Positions 1-13,197 are shown, counted from the stretch's first letter. The stretch: DNA of 64,000 nucleotides from Octopus sinensis (GCF_006345805.1 NC_042998.1:82336001-82400000), one strand, 5' to 3'. Notes: generated by a model from the sequence alone, not told the origin. Made by a program: numbers and translations.

Positions 1-299
1 CATTTTTACATCCGATCTCATTATTTGTTTACATCTGGCGCCTCGATACGAAACATTGTAGCAAAAAATCAGTGCTATAGAAATAACCGTAACAAAATAA
101 TCTAAAGAGCACTACTAATGCAGTAGGACGTGGTATTCACTCATAAAAACATTTAATACACTTTATAGAATATAGTTGCATAACGTAATTTCACTTGGCT
201 ACAAGTCTTTAACATTTTGAAACCAGCGGAGGTTTCATTGCACCTATGTCTCTTCCACGCTAAGGGGCTCGGTTTTCTCTAATATGAGATAGTATTCAA

Positions 300-800
300 C
301 ACTGTCTCTTGGTCTGACGTTTATGATCCCTCTGAAGGTCTCATCAAGTATACATGCAGTTTCGAATCTGTTCTACACAATAAGTTGGATAATATTAATC
401 TGACATACATAATAAGTTGGATAACACTACTGCTTGGAAGTCATTGCACTTCACTAGAATCAAAACGACCTTGTTGTTCCACAATTGTACCCCCAAGATT
501 GGGAATTCCAAGATGCTTCTTGCTCATTCTACGATCAAGTTTGTCCCTGTCTCTACTATCATTACCTATGTTACTGCAGGGATAGGTACACTAGCTGTCC
601 TTTTCAAACTCCTGCCCTTTCATAAGGATTATTATACCTTTAATAAAAAAAAAGTACCACCATTGTTCCTTATATTAATTTTCGTTTCAATGTTTATGGC
701 TGTGTCGTTGAAAGCATCCAACCTGCTCTGAATATCCTCTGCACTACGGAAGACAACAGTGTGATCATCTTGCAAAACATTTCTAATTAACATAAGTGTG
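300..800 (-). mobile_element. RTE-clade LINE reverse transcriptase remnant, C-terminal part, degraded
   Basis: Hand translation of the minus strand gives, with frameshifts, CFADDHTVV...SAEDIQSRLDAFN, then CSNIGNDSRDRDKLDRRMSK and FQAVVLSNLL, matching RTE RT motifs (FADD; YLGS.I...I..RI.KA; V.LSTLLYGSETW). Confidence 0.7.
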
Positions 801-1769
801 ACGTCGTTCTTAGGTTTGTATCATTGGCTGCATGAGTATGTATACATACTTACACACACAAACACACACATACACAAACACTCACACATATACAATATAT
901 ATATATATATGTGTGTGTGTATGTGTGTGTATGTATGTATGTGTCACCTACCAACCCTCCATCCTGCCCCTCTAACACACCGTTCTCCGAGCCTTCCGGC
1001 AACTCCAGTCCGACCCCTCCACCTTGCACATCTTCCCCAACCTACCCTCCTCCCTTCATCTGACACCTACTTCGTCTCTTCACACCTACCCACCTTCTCT
1101 CTTCGGTGATACCACCGACAACTCCTCCTCACCGCACTACTACCGATACACCGACACCCCACACCGACACCCCACATAACACCTTCAGCCTTGTTTTCAG
1201 ATGTAAAATATACCGTCACGTGATACTAACGCACGAGCGTAGCGGGGAAACATACAAAAGTTTATAAACTTAATCATGTATTCATTCTCTACAAACACCT
1301 GATAGAAAACAATCAGAGCATTGATTGCTTGGATATGTTCAGTTAACCGTCTCAGCCTTAACTTACAACGCTATTGTCACTTGATACCAACACACAATAG
1401 TTTGTAAGACCAGACACCTGACTCTCCTCAATCAATCAAATATTATTCAAGGCGTATACTAATTTGAGCCATAAAACACTGGTTAGAAGCAAGACAGCTG
1501 AGACATAAGCCACGCCTTTCTATTTGAACTTTTTGAAAATCAGTGTAAGCTGTGAAACCGGTTAAAGCTTCAAATATATTAATAACAAATATTTTAACTA
1601 TTCTCCGTGCATTTTCAACTTATATTGTCTTTATATATATATATATATATATATCAGAATTACTGAAGAACTATTAAACTAAGGGAGATAATGATGGTGC
1701 TAGCGTGCAGACAGAGATATAGTAACAAGCTGCATACGGTTGAAATTTATCGATATCATTTATATTTCG

Positions 1770-2310
1770 ACTCTCATTCTACTCTGTGAGGGCTCTTTCA
1801 CATGAGTGAATACATTTTAGTGCTTTACAAACCTCCGGAGTCCCTCTCACAAGCTTGATTGGTTCATTGTAGAGAATGATTGGTGAAGTCAATAGGAACA
1901 ACATACAAAGCATCGTCCTGTTCCACATATTCTCCTGTGATTGTTGCAGGCAGAACATTAATTATTTCTATCGAAATCCCTAACTCTCTGAACTCAATTT
2001 CAAGTATCTCATTTTCTTATCCTATCTTTTCTTTAATGAGAATATTTATACTATAATCTTCTTCTCAGTCTTCTTAAATATAGGGCCAATAGTAGCATCT
2101 TTCAATTCTTGTGTTACATCACTGCATTACCATGACTCCAAAATTAACTTTCTCTAGTATGTACATCTCTAAAGGTGTCCCAAACACTTATTGGTCTTTT
2201 TTTAACCTCTAAAGTTATGTTTGCTGTAAACACCATTTTTCACACTTTCTTGCTCAACGTATCTAGATCCCAAAATTGCAGGATGTTCTTTACAAATGAA
2301 TTAAATATTT
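1770..2310 (-). mobile_element. RTE-clade LINE RT remnant, N-terminal domains; probably the same element as 300-800
   Basis: Minus strand gives ELKDATIGPIFKK and QQSQEKYVEQDDALYVVPIDFT, resembling RTE PQELKDATIVPIFKK and RQLQEKCREQ...LYIVFVDLTKAFD. Collinear and co-oriented with the 300-800 piece. Confidence 0.7.
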
Positions 2311-2618
2311 ATCCTTATCCCTGGAAGATTGTTGATCAATGTAATTAGCACTCGTCTTTTAAGTCCCGTATGTTTCTTTCTGTCTTTTTAGAAATTACAT
2401 GATCTGGGGAAATCCGCGTAGGTTTGGATGTCGGTTGATTTGTTTTCTCACCGATTCAACTTCATATTTTGAAATTCTACTGTGCCAAACCTACTATAGG
2501 AAACTGATAGTACGAATAATATAAAGACGATAAAACTTGAACATATACATTTAATAAAGTATGCATAAAAGACAATACACACTCACACACACAAACACAT
2601 ACACATACTCACACATGC

Positions 2619-2653
<35 letters not shown>

Positions 2654-2655
<2 letters not shown>

Positions 2656-2900
2656 AAAATTAGGGAATGGAGTAGATAATATTCAGGCTACATATGTTTG
2701 ATAATTAACGGAAGCTCGGAAGTACTAATTATCCAAACGAGATGTAGACTGCAAACTACACTTCAGTCTAAGGATAGCTTGATTATATGAAGTTTAAATT
2801 GTCGCTGATATATCCAGTTCTATAATTACTACTTCCGAGGTTCTACTGGCTATGAAACACATGCAGCCTGGATTATATCGTCTCCATTCCCTAATTTTTG
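2654..2900. mobile_element. MITE-like element with about 47-bp imperfect terminal inverted repeats
   Basis: CAAAAATTAGGGAATGGAGTAGATAATATTCAGGCTACATATGTTT at 2654 is the imperfect reverse complement of AAACACATGCAGCCTGGATTATATCGTCTCCATTCCCTAATTTTTG ending at 2900. It abuts a (TA)n tract. Confidence 0.6.
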
Positions 2901-3990
2901 GATATTCATTCGCATATACTGTAAGCCCAGCTGCTAACCATGAACTATAAAATAACCTTAGTTCAGGTTATCGTACTTCGATTCGGCAACACTTTACAAC
3001 CTTCTGTGGCAACAAGCCACTCGTGTTCCTGATAGTTGATTTTTATATCTTCTACAAACCTATACAGAACCATACTGTTATAATTCACTATCTATTTTAT
3101 AACACAAGTAAATACGTTCTAAAGTCATTAGCATGTTGATAACATATGAAATTATTCCTTTAATTTAACTCAATACCAATAAATTACTATTTACTAATTA
3201 ACTATAAATTTATATTAATTTGATTTATATTTATATACAAATATGAAATCATTTATATATTCTCCATCCCTATATTTTATAAGATACTAAAATCATTCGA
3301 ATTCTTTGAAAAAACTATCTAAAATATACCTATTTATTTCATATCACAATTAGGATTATCGCTATTAAATAGTTAAGTATTAGAAGTTTCTATTCTCCCT
3401 ATCCCATCAGTTTTGGCCTACTAATTTTAGCTGAAATATATTCATCTTAACCAAATTGAGTTCTTCAAAGGGAACTTGATTTATGGCTCTGCCACTTAAA
3501 CTGTCTCTTCCTCTATCTATAAAAGAAAGATTCTTGTTTTTGTCTCCACTATACCTGATGGAATAGTATTAAACCTCCTTCCCCAATAGTAAGTCTAAAT
3601 AGCAAAGTAAAATCAATGATAAGCAGTATCTCCATGAAAAAATATTAATTACTACCATGTTTGTGTTGATGAAACGTGTTTCTCTGTCTACCTACTTATC
3701 CTCTTTGTGATGTTGGTAAATGGAATATGAATAAAAATGAATCTTTCCAATTTAACTAAATTCTATATTTATATGCAGCTGAAGATTGCCCTACACTTTA
3801 AAACAGATGTAATACTTGCATTGTTTAATTAAATGGAGTCGCATGAGACGATCGTACTGCATTACCTTTGGATATCCTTGTTGCTTATTTTGATTATAAT
3901 CACCCCATTTTGAATTATATGGGTAATACCATACCAAATTATGGTGCCTTTAACTAAAGTAACATATTCAACTAAATTTTTACTGAACCA

Positions 3991-4022
<32 letters not shown>

Positions 4023-4023
4023 G

Positions 4024-5084
4024 TAGTAAAGTAAATAAGAGGGCTAGCAGCAGGCTGTTTCGCCTCATACAGAAGGAATTAGAAATGGCATTCAAAGACT
4101 GTTTTTTCCATTTTCTGTAAGTGGAGATTCCAAAAACGAAGGCCCGTTCGGCTCACATACACAAAACGGGAGTAGCAAATAGACGCAAACAGTCACTTAC
4201 TGTTAATAACGAACATGTTTCTGGATCACAAACATAGAAAAGTAGTTTGATTTCCGTCATCGGCGCTATATTCGATAGATTTACCAAATGCCACAGGCCT
4301 TCGTTTTTGGAATCTCCACTTACAGAAAATGGAAAAAACAGTCTTTGGCTGCCATTTCTAATTCCTTCGGTATGAGGCGAAACAGCCTGCTGCTAGCCCT
4401 CTTATTTACTTTACTATATACTGAACCTTACAAAGTTCCTGACGATAAATTTGTCGTATTTACATACCGAAATTTACCGGTAAATAATTGTTGGTTACAT
4501 GAAAAACCACAGAAAAATTATTTACCATTTTTATTGCATTACCATGTGGATTCCTCATTCCATTACGATTACCCAGAAGGCGCGCATGGCAGAATTTTGG
4601 AGGGAAAATTTACGTTCCCAGTCGTTACTTAGTTTTAACATCTGCGCACTTCCCCCCACTATCTGCTGTCGCTGGGTCAGAAGTGAGGGCCTGTGGCATT
4701 TGGTAAAGCTATCGAATATAGCGCCGATGACGGAAATCAAACTACTTTTCTATGTTTGTGATCCAGAGACATGTTCGTTATAAACGGTAAGTGACTGTTT
4801 GCGTCTATTTGCTACTCCGGTTTTGTGTATGTGAGCCGCACGGGCCTTCGTTTTTGGAATCTCCACTTACAGAAAATGGAAAAAACAGTCTTTGACTGCC
4901 ATTTCTAATTCCTTGGGTTTGAGGCGAAACAGCCTGCTGCTAGTCCTCTTATTTACTTTACTATATACTGAACCTTACAAAGTTCCTGACGATAAATTTG
5001 TCGTATTTACATACCGAAATTTACCGGTAAATAATTGTTGGTTACATGAAAAACCACAGAAAAATTATTTACCATTTTTATTGC

Positions 5085-5085
<1 letters not shown>
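4024..5085. repeat. Local inverted plus tandem triplication flanked by (TA)n tracts
   Basis: 4024-4299 is the reverse complement of about 4688-4963. 4296-4537 is directly repeated at 4843-5084 (offset 547). Also visible as near-identical peptides in three ORFs of the track. Confidence 0.9.
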
Positions 5086-5120
<35 letters not shown>

Positions 5121-5131
5121 TATATTTATAC

Positions 5132-5162
<31 letters not shown>

Positions 5163-5484
5163 CGCATGTATGTATGCATGTATGTACGTATGTATGTATA
5201 TATGTATGTATGTATGTATATACGTCATTGCAATAGAAACAATTAATGGCTTTATGAATTGATATCTGTAATAAAGATGTAATTTCCCCCATATGTATCT
5301 TTTGTTCTCACTTGCCCAAAGTGCCGCGCGGTGACACTGAACACCGAACCTAGTGGTTTGGAAGCAACCTTCTTTCCATACAGTCACTCAGCATCTCAGC
5401 TCTGAATTTCTCGTAATTCTATCAAAGTATATTTGGATTTATCTGTCATAATTCAGGATTTTTTAATCCCCTCAGACACACACA

Positions 5485-5530
<46 letters not shown>

Positions 5531-5554
5531 CACACACACACACGCACATATATA

Positions 5555-5776
5555 TTCCTTTATTCTTTTACGTGTTTCTGACATTTGACTGCAGTCATGC
5601 TGGAGCACCACATTTAGTCAAGCAAATCGACCCCAAGACTTATTCTTTGTAAGCCTAGTACTTATTCTATCGGTCACTCTTTGCCGAACCGCTAAATTAC
5701 GGGAACGTAAACACACAAACATTGAAAGTCAAGCGATGATGGGGAGGGACAAATACAGGCACACAAAACACACAAA

Positions 5777-5848
<72 letters not shown>

Positions 5849-6007
5849 CATACATACGACGGGCTTCTTTCAGTTTCCGTCTACAAAATCCACTCACAAG
5901 GCTTTGGTCGGCCCGAGGCTATATTAGAAGACACTTGCCCAAGGTGTCACGCAGTGACCCGGAAACATGTGGTTGGTAAGCAAGCTATATGCCACACAGC
6001 CACTTCT
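5555..6007 (-). mobile_element. tRNA-derived CORE-like SINE, full length, with internal (TA/CA)n
   Basis: Matches other copies in the window (16758, 29510, 57835): tRNA-like head, ACCTTGGGCAAGTG motif resembling the CORE domain, internal microsatellite, tail ...CAGCATGRCYGCAGTCAAATG(ACTG)AAAC... Confidence 0.85.
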
Positions 6008-6093
6008 ATATGGATAGATGTATGGATGTACACACATACACCCATACATACATACATACATACATACATACATACATACATACATACATACAT

Positions 6094-6460
6094 AGAAGAG
6101 TGACTCTGTGGAATAAAGTTGCCTCCAAACCACATGGTTCGGGGCTCAATCCCACCGCGCTACACTTTGGGCAAGTGTCTGTCACTGTAGCCTGGGGTCC
6201 ATATAAAGACAAGTATATGTATATATGAATAAGTATAAATTGTGTCTGTGTTAGGTATTCCTTCCCCACGACTGCTTGATAACCAGGGTTGGTGTGTTTA
6301 CATCCCTTTAAATTAGCAGTTTGGCAAAGAGACAGATAGAGTAAGTAGCAGGTTGAAATAGAACTAGAAGTACTGGGCTCGATACATTCGTCTAAAATTC
6401 TTCAAGGTGGTGCCCCAGGATAGCCGCAGTCAAATGACTGAAGGAAGTAAATGAATAGAA

Positions 6461-6463
<3 letters not shown>
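6094..6463 (+). mobile_element. CORE-like SINE, diverged copy, head-to-head with 5555-6007
   Basis: Head GTGACTCTGTGG...AACCACATGGTTCGGGGCTCAATCCC...TTTGGGCAAGTGTCT; tail GCCGCAGTCAAATGACTGAA. Confidence 0.75.
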
Positions 6464-6550
<87 letters not shown>

Positions 6551-6555
6551 TATAT

Positions 6556-6744
6556 AAAGTTCCTGGCTTCTGAGCAAAAGAAAATACAGGAGGATGAGTT
6601 AATTATGATTTCGTCCAACATATTCACCTTTTAGATTCACGCGCTTATTTCGGGAGACTTTCAGTTTTTCTAAGCCTTGCAAACGAACTCGGAATCTTGG
6701 CCCTCTAACTAGGCCTTTCGCCAGATCCTTACAGTCAGGAACTT
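6556..6744. mobile_element. Mariner-type MITE
   Basis: Terminal inverted repeat AAGTTCCTGGCT (6557-6568) / AGTCAGGAACTT (6733-6744); TA-rich flank. The family assignment is from memory. Confidence 0.55.
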
Positions 6745-6786
6745 ATCAACACACCTTTGTGTGTGTAGATATATGTATATGCAGAT

Positions 6787-7168
<382 letters not shown>

Positions 7169-8201
7169 ATAGATAGTGAGAGAGGGATGGAGGGTGAAAG
7201 CAACAATGAGATATTCTGGAGCGAGAATAACTAAGAAACTAGAGAATCGGCCAAGGATAGCCTCAGGAAAATTAGACGGAGTGTGATATAATTACTACAC
7301 GGTAGAACCTTCTTAGGAATTTAATTTGCCAACCAAGTAACAATCTAGATGTGTTATAATTATCCTACAATAAGAAAACGGGGAGCCATGGGTGAATAAA
7401 GTGGAAACTCTTGTCGAAACATAATGCACTTAGGTTTTCTATATTTCTATGAGCAGCATAACAAAGCAAAAATGAAAGTAAAAGTGAGTCAGAACAAGAT
7501 GCAACATCGTTTCGCAACATAAATCCTGCCTTGAATAAGCTGTACGTTACATGCAAAAAACGAGGCTTCAATGGATAAATCAAACGCAAACGTAATGTTA
7601 TCGCTCCCTACTATGATTTTCTCAGAAAGTTGTTAAATAACATAATATTTCTATAAATAGCCAATGCAATTGAGATAATTTGCATCAGCAGTATCAAAGT
7701 AGTGTCAGAAGTTTAATGGAGGAAAAATATGAGTGATATATTCCGAATAGGAAACAGGATATTGAGAGTAAAATGAGTGGATCAAAGTTAGAGGAAGTAT
7801 AAGAAATTGGCGTTTAAAGGAATAAATAGAGTGCAGTGACGATTTCGAGATAATTATCGTAACCTGTAGGTGTTCAATCGTAATATAACATGCAATTGTA
7901 AGTATGCTCTTTGAGTATGCATGTGTACATTTGTATATACTTACATGTGTATATGCTCACAAACTCATATATGCACAAAGCTATATCCATATGCGTATAT
8001 ATATATGTGTGTGTGTGTATGTGTAGCTATTTATATATATAGCTGTCTCTATGTTTTTATGCATGTGCACATGTATGCGGAAGTAGATAGTGTATATATA
8101 TATATATATATATATACGTCATACACAAACATACATACACATTTAATGCGCGCATGTATGTATATATGTGTGTCTGCGCTTTTAGTAATACATTTCGAGA
8201 G

Positions 8202-8232
<31 letters not shown>

Positions 8233-8939
8233 AATAGAAGGAATAGGAAAGAGAAAAAGAGAGAGAAACAGACAAGTGTCTAATGAATCCGTTCATACGT
8301 AAACAGTTATTTGTTACTTAACGATGGACGTCTAACGTATGAAACATTACGACCAGCGGTTATAGCGAACTAATCTGCAACGGAACAGGAAAAATGCAGC
8401 TGAGATGTCTGTAGTATCTTGTAGCAGCTCTTTTGCAAAACATTGTTCATAACTATATTTTGATAATTTTTCTTATATAAATATTCTCACTGTGATGCAT
8501 ATACGTGCTCTAACTTGCTATCCTAAACATAATGTGCAGTATGGCGCATTACTAACAAGAGCAACCCATTCTATCTTGTTGTATTGAGGTCAAATAAATT
8601 AAACTTCATTTAGACAACCACAATTTTATTTAACGCTTTGAATCTGTCTCCATTCTTACTAATCATCAGTACAGCGTTCATGAAGCCAGAGGAACAGGAG
8701 TCTACTCTTCTGAGTTACTTATTAATAGGCTAACATCTTCGTGAATTTCGGTAATGCTGTGTTGCTCTCATTGTCAGCAAAACATCTTAAAGTGTCTAGT
8801 ATTCGAATCTGCTGCAAAACCCACCTGTCAATCGTATCCATCCGCCTCTCATCAATTAGACGGATAGTTTACGCCCTGGTGTGTGTATCAGAGAGAACCT
8901 CTTGTGTACGGTAGGGCTCCCTCTTTAATTGACACTTCC

Positions 8940-9145
8940 TCGAAATCATCTCTTATCAATTTTGCACTAACATCAATAATGTCTATGTGTCCCCACATAG
9001 TGACATGTCACTTGTCTACCTCAACACAACCCCTTCACATATCAAAAAACAAATTACAGCGCATAAGCTCGTTTCAAAAGCTAGGCGTCACTGTCATCGC
9101 CGATGTATCCTGGCAAACAGATATCTTTAACATAGCAACATAAGT
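8940..9145 (+). mobile_element. L2/CR1-type RT remnant
   Basis: ORF 8883-9143 ends LQRISSFQKLGVTVIADVSWQTDIFNI, resembling LERVSSFKYLGVTI.SDLSW..HI. Confidence 0.5.
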
Positions 9146-9625
9146 AATTCAAACGCTCCTTGTGCCAATGAATAGTTAAATTAAGTTAATTTTTTGGCTC
9201 AAAAAGCAAAAAGCAAGGCCATAAAAATCACTTTATGCTGCAACGACAGCAGAATCTTTAGAATTCTAAGACGAAGGCAGCTGCAATGAACTGTTGGTAA
9301 CAACATCACAGATGCGGTACCAATAGCATATATTTGTGAGCACACCCAGAGAAAGTACACTCGTCTGATTGACAACAAATTAGTTAACAACACAAACCAA
9401 TCTGTCTTTTATTTTTGTGTGTTCTACTATTGCTAGAATTGTCTCTGTTTTCTTGAGCTCATTGCTCTCAGACCACTGCTACTCATGTACTCTCTACCGA
9501 GTATTTATGTATATTTATATATATGTATGCATTTGTATATGTATATGTATGAGTATTTAATTATGTGTGTATTATTTATTTATTTTATATTTATATTTAC
9601 TTATAACTTAACCTTATGCACTTTA

Positions 9626-9740
9626 TAAAAAATATCTGACGAAGCCTCAATTTCATCTAATTATTACTTCAGTCTACTGGAGGAATATAGGCAGAATGAG
9701 GTATTTTCCCTCTTGACTGAAACAGCTGTAAGTTATTTTT
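9626..9740 (+). ncRNA. Candidate type I hammerhead ribozyme with extended stem II
   Basis: CTGACGA 9636-9642; GAAA 9719-9722; palindromic stem III ACAGCTGT 9722-9729; A17 at 9730; imperfect stem I AAAAATAT / AGTTATTTTT; stem II AG(CC)TCAA...TTGACT. Confidence 0.5.
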
Positions 9741-9986
9741 CCTAATTTATATTCCTGTATGGTATATTTTAATAATTACAAGTATCTTTATATATTAATA
9801 TATCTTTATATGTAAAGCATAATATCTTATACATGGTAGTATATTCTTGTAATTGTCATTTTAGTAACTAAATATATAAGTTGACATAATATAATGTCTA
9901 ATAGTTGATGAAACACCAATTGCCCCCCCCCCCATTTTCTTATTGCTCTCTCCCTCTCTCTCTCTCTCTTTCTCTCTCTCACTCTC

Positions 9987-10017
<31 letters not shown>

Positions 10018-10019
<2 letters not shown>

Positions 10020-10174
10020 GCGCAGGATTGGCTGCGTGGTAAGTAGATTGCTCACCAATCACATGGTTCCGGGTTCAGTCCCACTGCGTGGCACTTTGCG
10101 CAAGTGTCTTCTGCTGTAGCCCGGGGACGACCAAAGTCTTGTGAATGGATTTGGTAGACAGAAACTGAAAGAAA
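10018..10174 (+). mobile_element. CORE-like SINE, 5' half
   Basis: AGGCGCAGGATTGGCTGCGTGGTAAGTAG...GGTTCCGGGTTCAGTCCCACTGCGTGGCACTTTGCGCAAGTGTC, the same family as 16758. Confidence 0.85.
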
Positions 10175-10194
10175 ATTGTTTTTGTTTATTGTTT

Positions 10195-10327
10195 TATTGC
10201 AACATAGCCACAGACATAAGAATCAAAGTCCCTACACCTAATGACCTCAAATTGAGACCTATAATAGCAGGTCCCGCATGCGAAATCTACCGCCTCAGTA
10301 AGTTTTATGATACCATCTTAAAACCAT
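10195..10327 (+). mobile_element. Penelope-like RT N-terminal fragment
   Basis: Translates IRIKVPTPNDLKLRPIIAGPACEIYRLSKFYDTILKPF (Penelope-type RPII...P...LS..L..IL.P) and runs directly into (TTC)n. Confidence 0.65.
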
Positions 10328-10500
10328 TCTTCTTCTTCTTCTGCTTCTTCTTCTTCTTCTTCTTCTTCTTCTTCTTCTTCTTCTTCTTCTTCTTCTTCTT
10401 CTTCTTCTTCTTCTTCTTCTTCTCCTTCTTCTGCTTCTTCTTCTTCTTCTTCTTCTCCTCCTCCTCCTCCCCATCTTCTTCTTCTTCTTCTTTTTCTTCC
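10326..10500. repeat. (TTC)n/(CTC)n trinucleotide microsatellite
   Basis: Direct inspection. Confidence 0.98.
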
Positions 10501-11001
10501 CTACGAAGAATTCGCAACGACCTCGAAACCACAAGAGTAAGCATGAGAGAGGGGATCTAGCAGAAACAAGGAAAGTGCCATAATACTGAAATGTTTTTAA
10601 AAATTATTTTAGCATCATTTTCTATCTTGACAGTTTCCCATATATATACATGTATATATATACATATATATATAATGCAAAACCTTCTACACACACATAT
10701 ATAATAGATATACATATATGTGGTATATTATATACATATATGTACACATATATATATATGTGTATATGTATATATATATATATATTATATATATATATAT
10801 ATATATTATATACAATTATAAATGATGAAGTGAATCTAATGGCTTTTGTGTGTTTATAAATGGCTTATAAACAACTTCCACGCTACATTTGTTTTCGTTC
10901 CAGCATACGATCTCCGTAATATTATATATAGTATATAATATATAATTGTTATCGCCATATTATGGCATTCTTATAGAGACTTAGTAATTTTAATATTCTA
11001 T

Positions 11002-11034
<33 letters not shown>

Positions 11035-11086
11035 ACGGGAAGCTTTATGAAAATAAACAAAAGACGAAGGCAGGTGGAAAACAAAC

Positions 11087-11162
<76 letters not shown>

Positions 11163-12336
11163 TATATATATATATATAGTTATTCCAAACATGAACAAGC
11201 AAGAAAAACCAACAGCGCGAGGACGCGTAATAAGTAGTGTTGTTGGACGCTCAGAAAGGAAAGAAAGAGGACCTCATGGTTCGAGCGGTGCGCTTCGTCA
11301 AAAATATAGAAAACGTCCAAAGAAGGGAAGACGGAGAAAGAAAATCGCCAACGATACACACGCGGTCACACTATGAAAGGACCGGAAGGGAATGGGTGAA
11401 GAAAAATTTCTTTCAAAAACAGGAGAGTGGAAGAAGAGGTGGTATCTGTGTGTATGTTTGGGTATGTGCGTGCGTGCAGGTCTGTAAGTGTGTGTGTAAT
11501 GATAGCCCGTGTGTGTGTGTGTGTGTATGTGTATGGTTGTGGCTGTTTATTTATGTGTGTGGTTGGGTTTAGTATTGTTTAAGGTCATAGGAAGAATTTC
11601 TACTAAGAATTTTGGTAGGAGTGGCTGCCTGTTGTGTGCCTACCTACACATGTGCGTAGGAAAATGGTCAGTAGAAGGTACTGGTAGTTTGATGTGTGTG
11701 TGCGTGTATGTATATGTAGTGTGTATGTGTGTATGTATGTGTGTGCACGTACATGTGTGTATGTGTGTATGCGTGGGATGAGTGTGTGGAGTAATTGTAC
11801 TTTACCCTGTGTATGTGTGTGGTGTGTGCTCGTATCTACGTGTGTGTGTGTATGTATAATTTATGCGTGTATGTATGAGTGTGCGATGTGTGTGTAAGGG
11901 AGGTATGTGTGTGTCCATTTGCGTGTGCGTGTGTGTGTGTGTGTCTATATGTGTATGCGTAGGTGTATGTGGTTGTGTGTACGGTTAAGTATTTGTGTAT
12001 ATGCATATATATATATATAATACATGTATATAAATTAGAGAAGAACCACTATGTAGCAGTTCAACAATGATACCATACATCATACAATATAGAAGAAAAT
12101 TAAAGAAACGATAAAACATTTACCTACAACTAAAGTTCGAAATATTCAATAAATCGCATATAATTAGTAAATAGACTACACATGTTTCATGGCTATATTT
12201 TCAAATTGATAACAGTGAAAACAATTCAATTAAAATATAGTATTATATGTATTATATATTGTGAAATTTGATTTAGTATCACTAAACTGGATTTTCCCCT
12301 GTAAGCTTGGAATCATATTTCCTAACATTATATATG

Positions 12337-12388
12337 GGGCCACAGCTCGTGAGCTGAAACTAGATAAAATAAAAATAAAAATAAAAGA
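12337..12388 (+). mobile_element. Isolated 3' tail of a CR1-type LINE (extreme 5' truncation)
   Basis: GGCCACAGCTCGTGAGCTGAAACTAGAT(AAAAT)n aligns with the tail following the CR1 ORF2 remnant at 51439-51480. Confidence 0.55.
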
Positions 12389-12396
12389 AATATACA

Positions 12397-12441
<45 letters not shown>

Positions 12442-12589
12442 ATATAATATATATATATATATATATATACATACATATATATATACATACATATATATAT
12501 ATACATACATATATATATGCATATATATAATATATATATATATACATACACATATATATATATTTATATACATATATATATGTGTGTGT

Positions 12590-12868
12590 GTGGAAGCGCA
12601 ATGCCCCAGTGGTTAGGACAGTGGACTCGCGGTTTCGATTCCAAGACCGGGCGTTGTGAGTGGTTATTGAGCGAAAACACCTAAAGGGAAAACGATGCCC
12701 CCGCCAAGGAGTGGTGGCGATCCCTGCTGTACTCTTTCGACACAACTTACTCTCACTCTTTCTTCTGTTGGCATTCTCCCGGGGTGACGTCATTTGAAGA
12801 CAAAAACAATGCTAAGCTCATTCTGTCCAGCGATGTGTAGCAACATCTGATAGCCTGGTCTGTTACGG
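12590..12868 (+). mobile_element. tRNA-derived SINE (third family)
   Basis: Head GGAAGCGCAATGCCCCAGTGGTTAGG...GGTTTCGATTCC (A and B box-like). Tail GTCCAGCGATGTGTAGCAACATCTGAT also occurs on the minus strand at 44650-44760. Confidence 0.7.
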
Positions 12869-13149
12869 TGATCACGGATATATATTATATATATAATTAT
12901 ATATATATATATATATATATATTATTGATTATTTGAAATGGCGAGTAGATAAACAGCCGACAACTGATGAACGGTCATTTTTTTGTATAACTTTTTGTAC
13001 TTTTCTTCTCTCGTTATTCGCCTATTAAACTCACTTGTTTTCGTATTTCATGTTGTTTACTGTTTTACTGTTTGTGACGTCCTATGTCCATATATGCATA
13101 TATATATGGTATATTATTAAATATACATATATATTTACAAATATATATG

Positions 13150-13197
<48 letters not shown>

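Noticed and set aside
376-424. 14-bp direct repeat AATAAGTTGGATAA around a short insert in the RTE; also a 28-bp tandem duplication at 13501-13560
   Set aside because: Ordinary small duplications within dead elements.
3100-3450. Very AT-rich stretch that looked like a mitochondrial insertion
   Set aside because: I could not recover a convincing mitochondrial gene motif by hand; BLAST against the mitogenome would settle it.
4288-5236. Near-identical 114-aa ORFs suggesting a duplicated small gene
   Set aside because: Explained by the DNA triplication; no recognisable motif, and the second ORF runs into a microsatellite.
12590-12660. tRNA gene calls at SINE heads (also 10018, 16758, 33385)
   Set aside because: No complete cloverleaf, and each continues into a SINE body.
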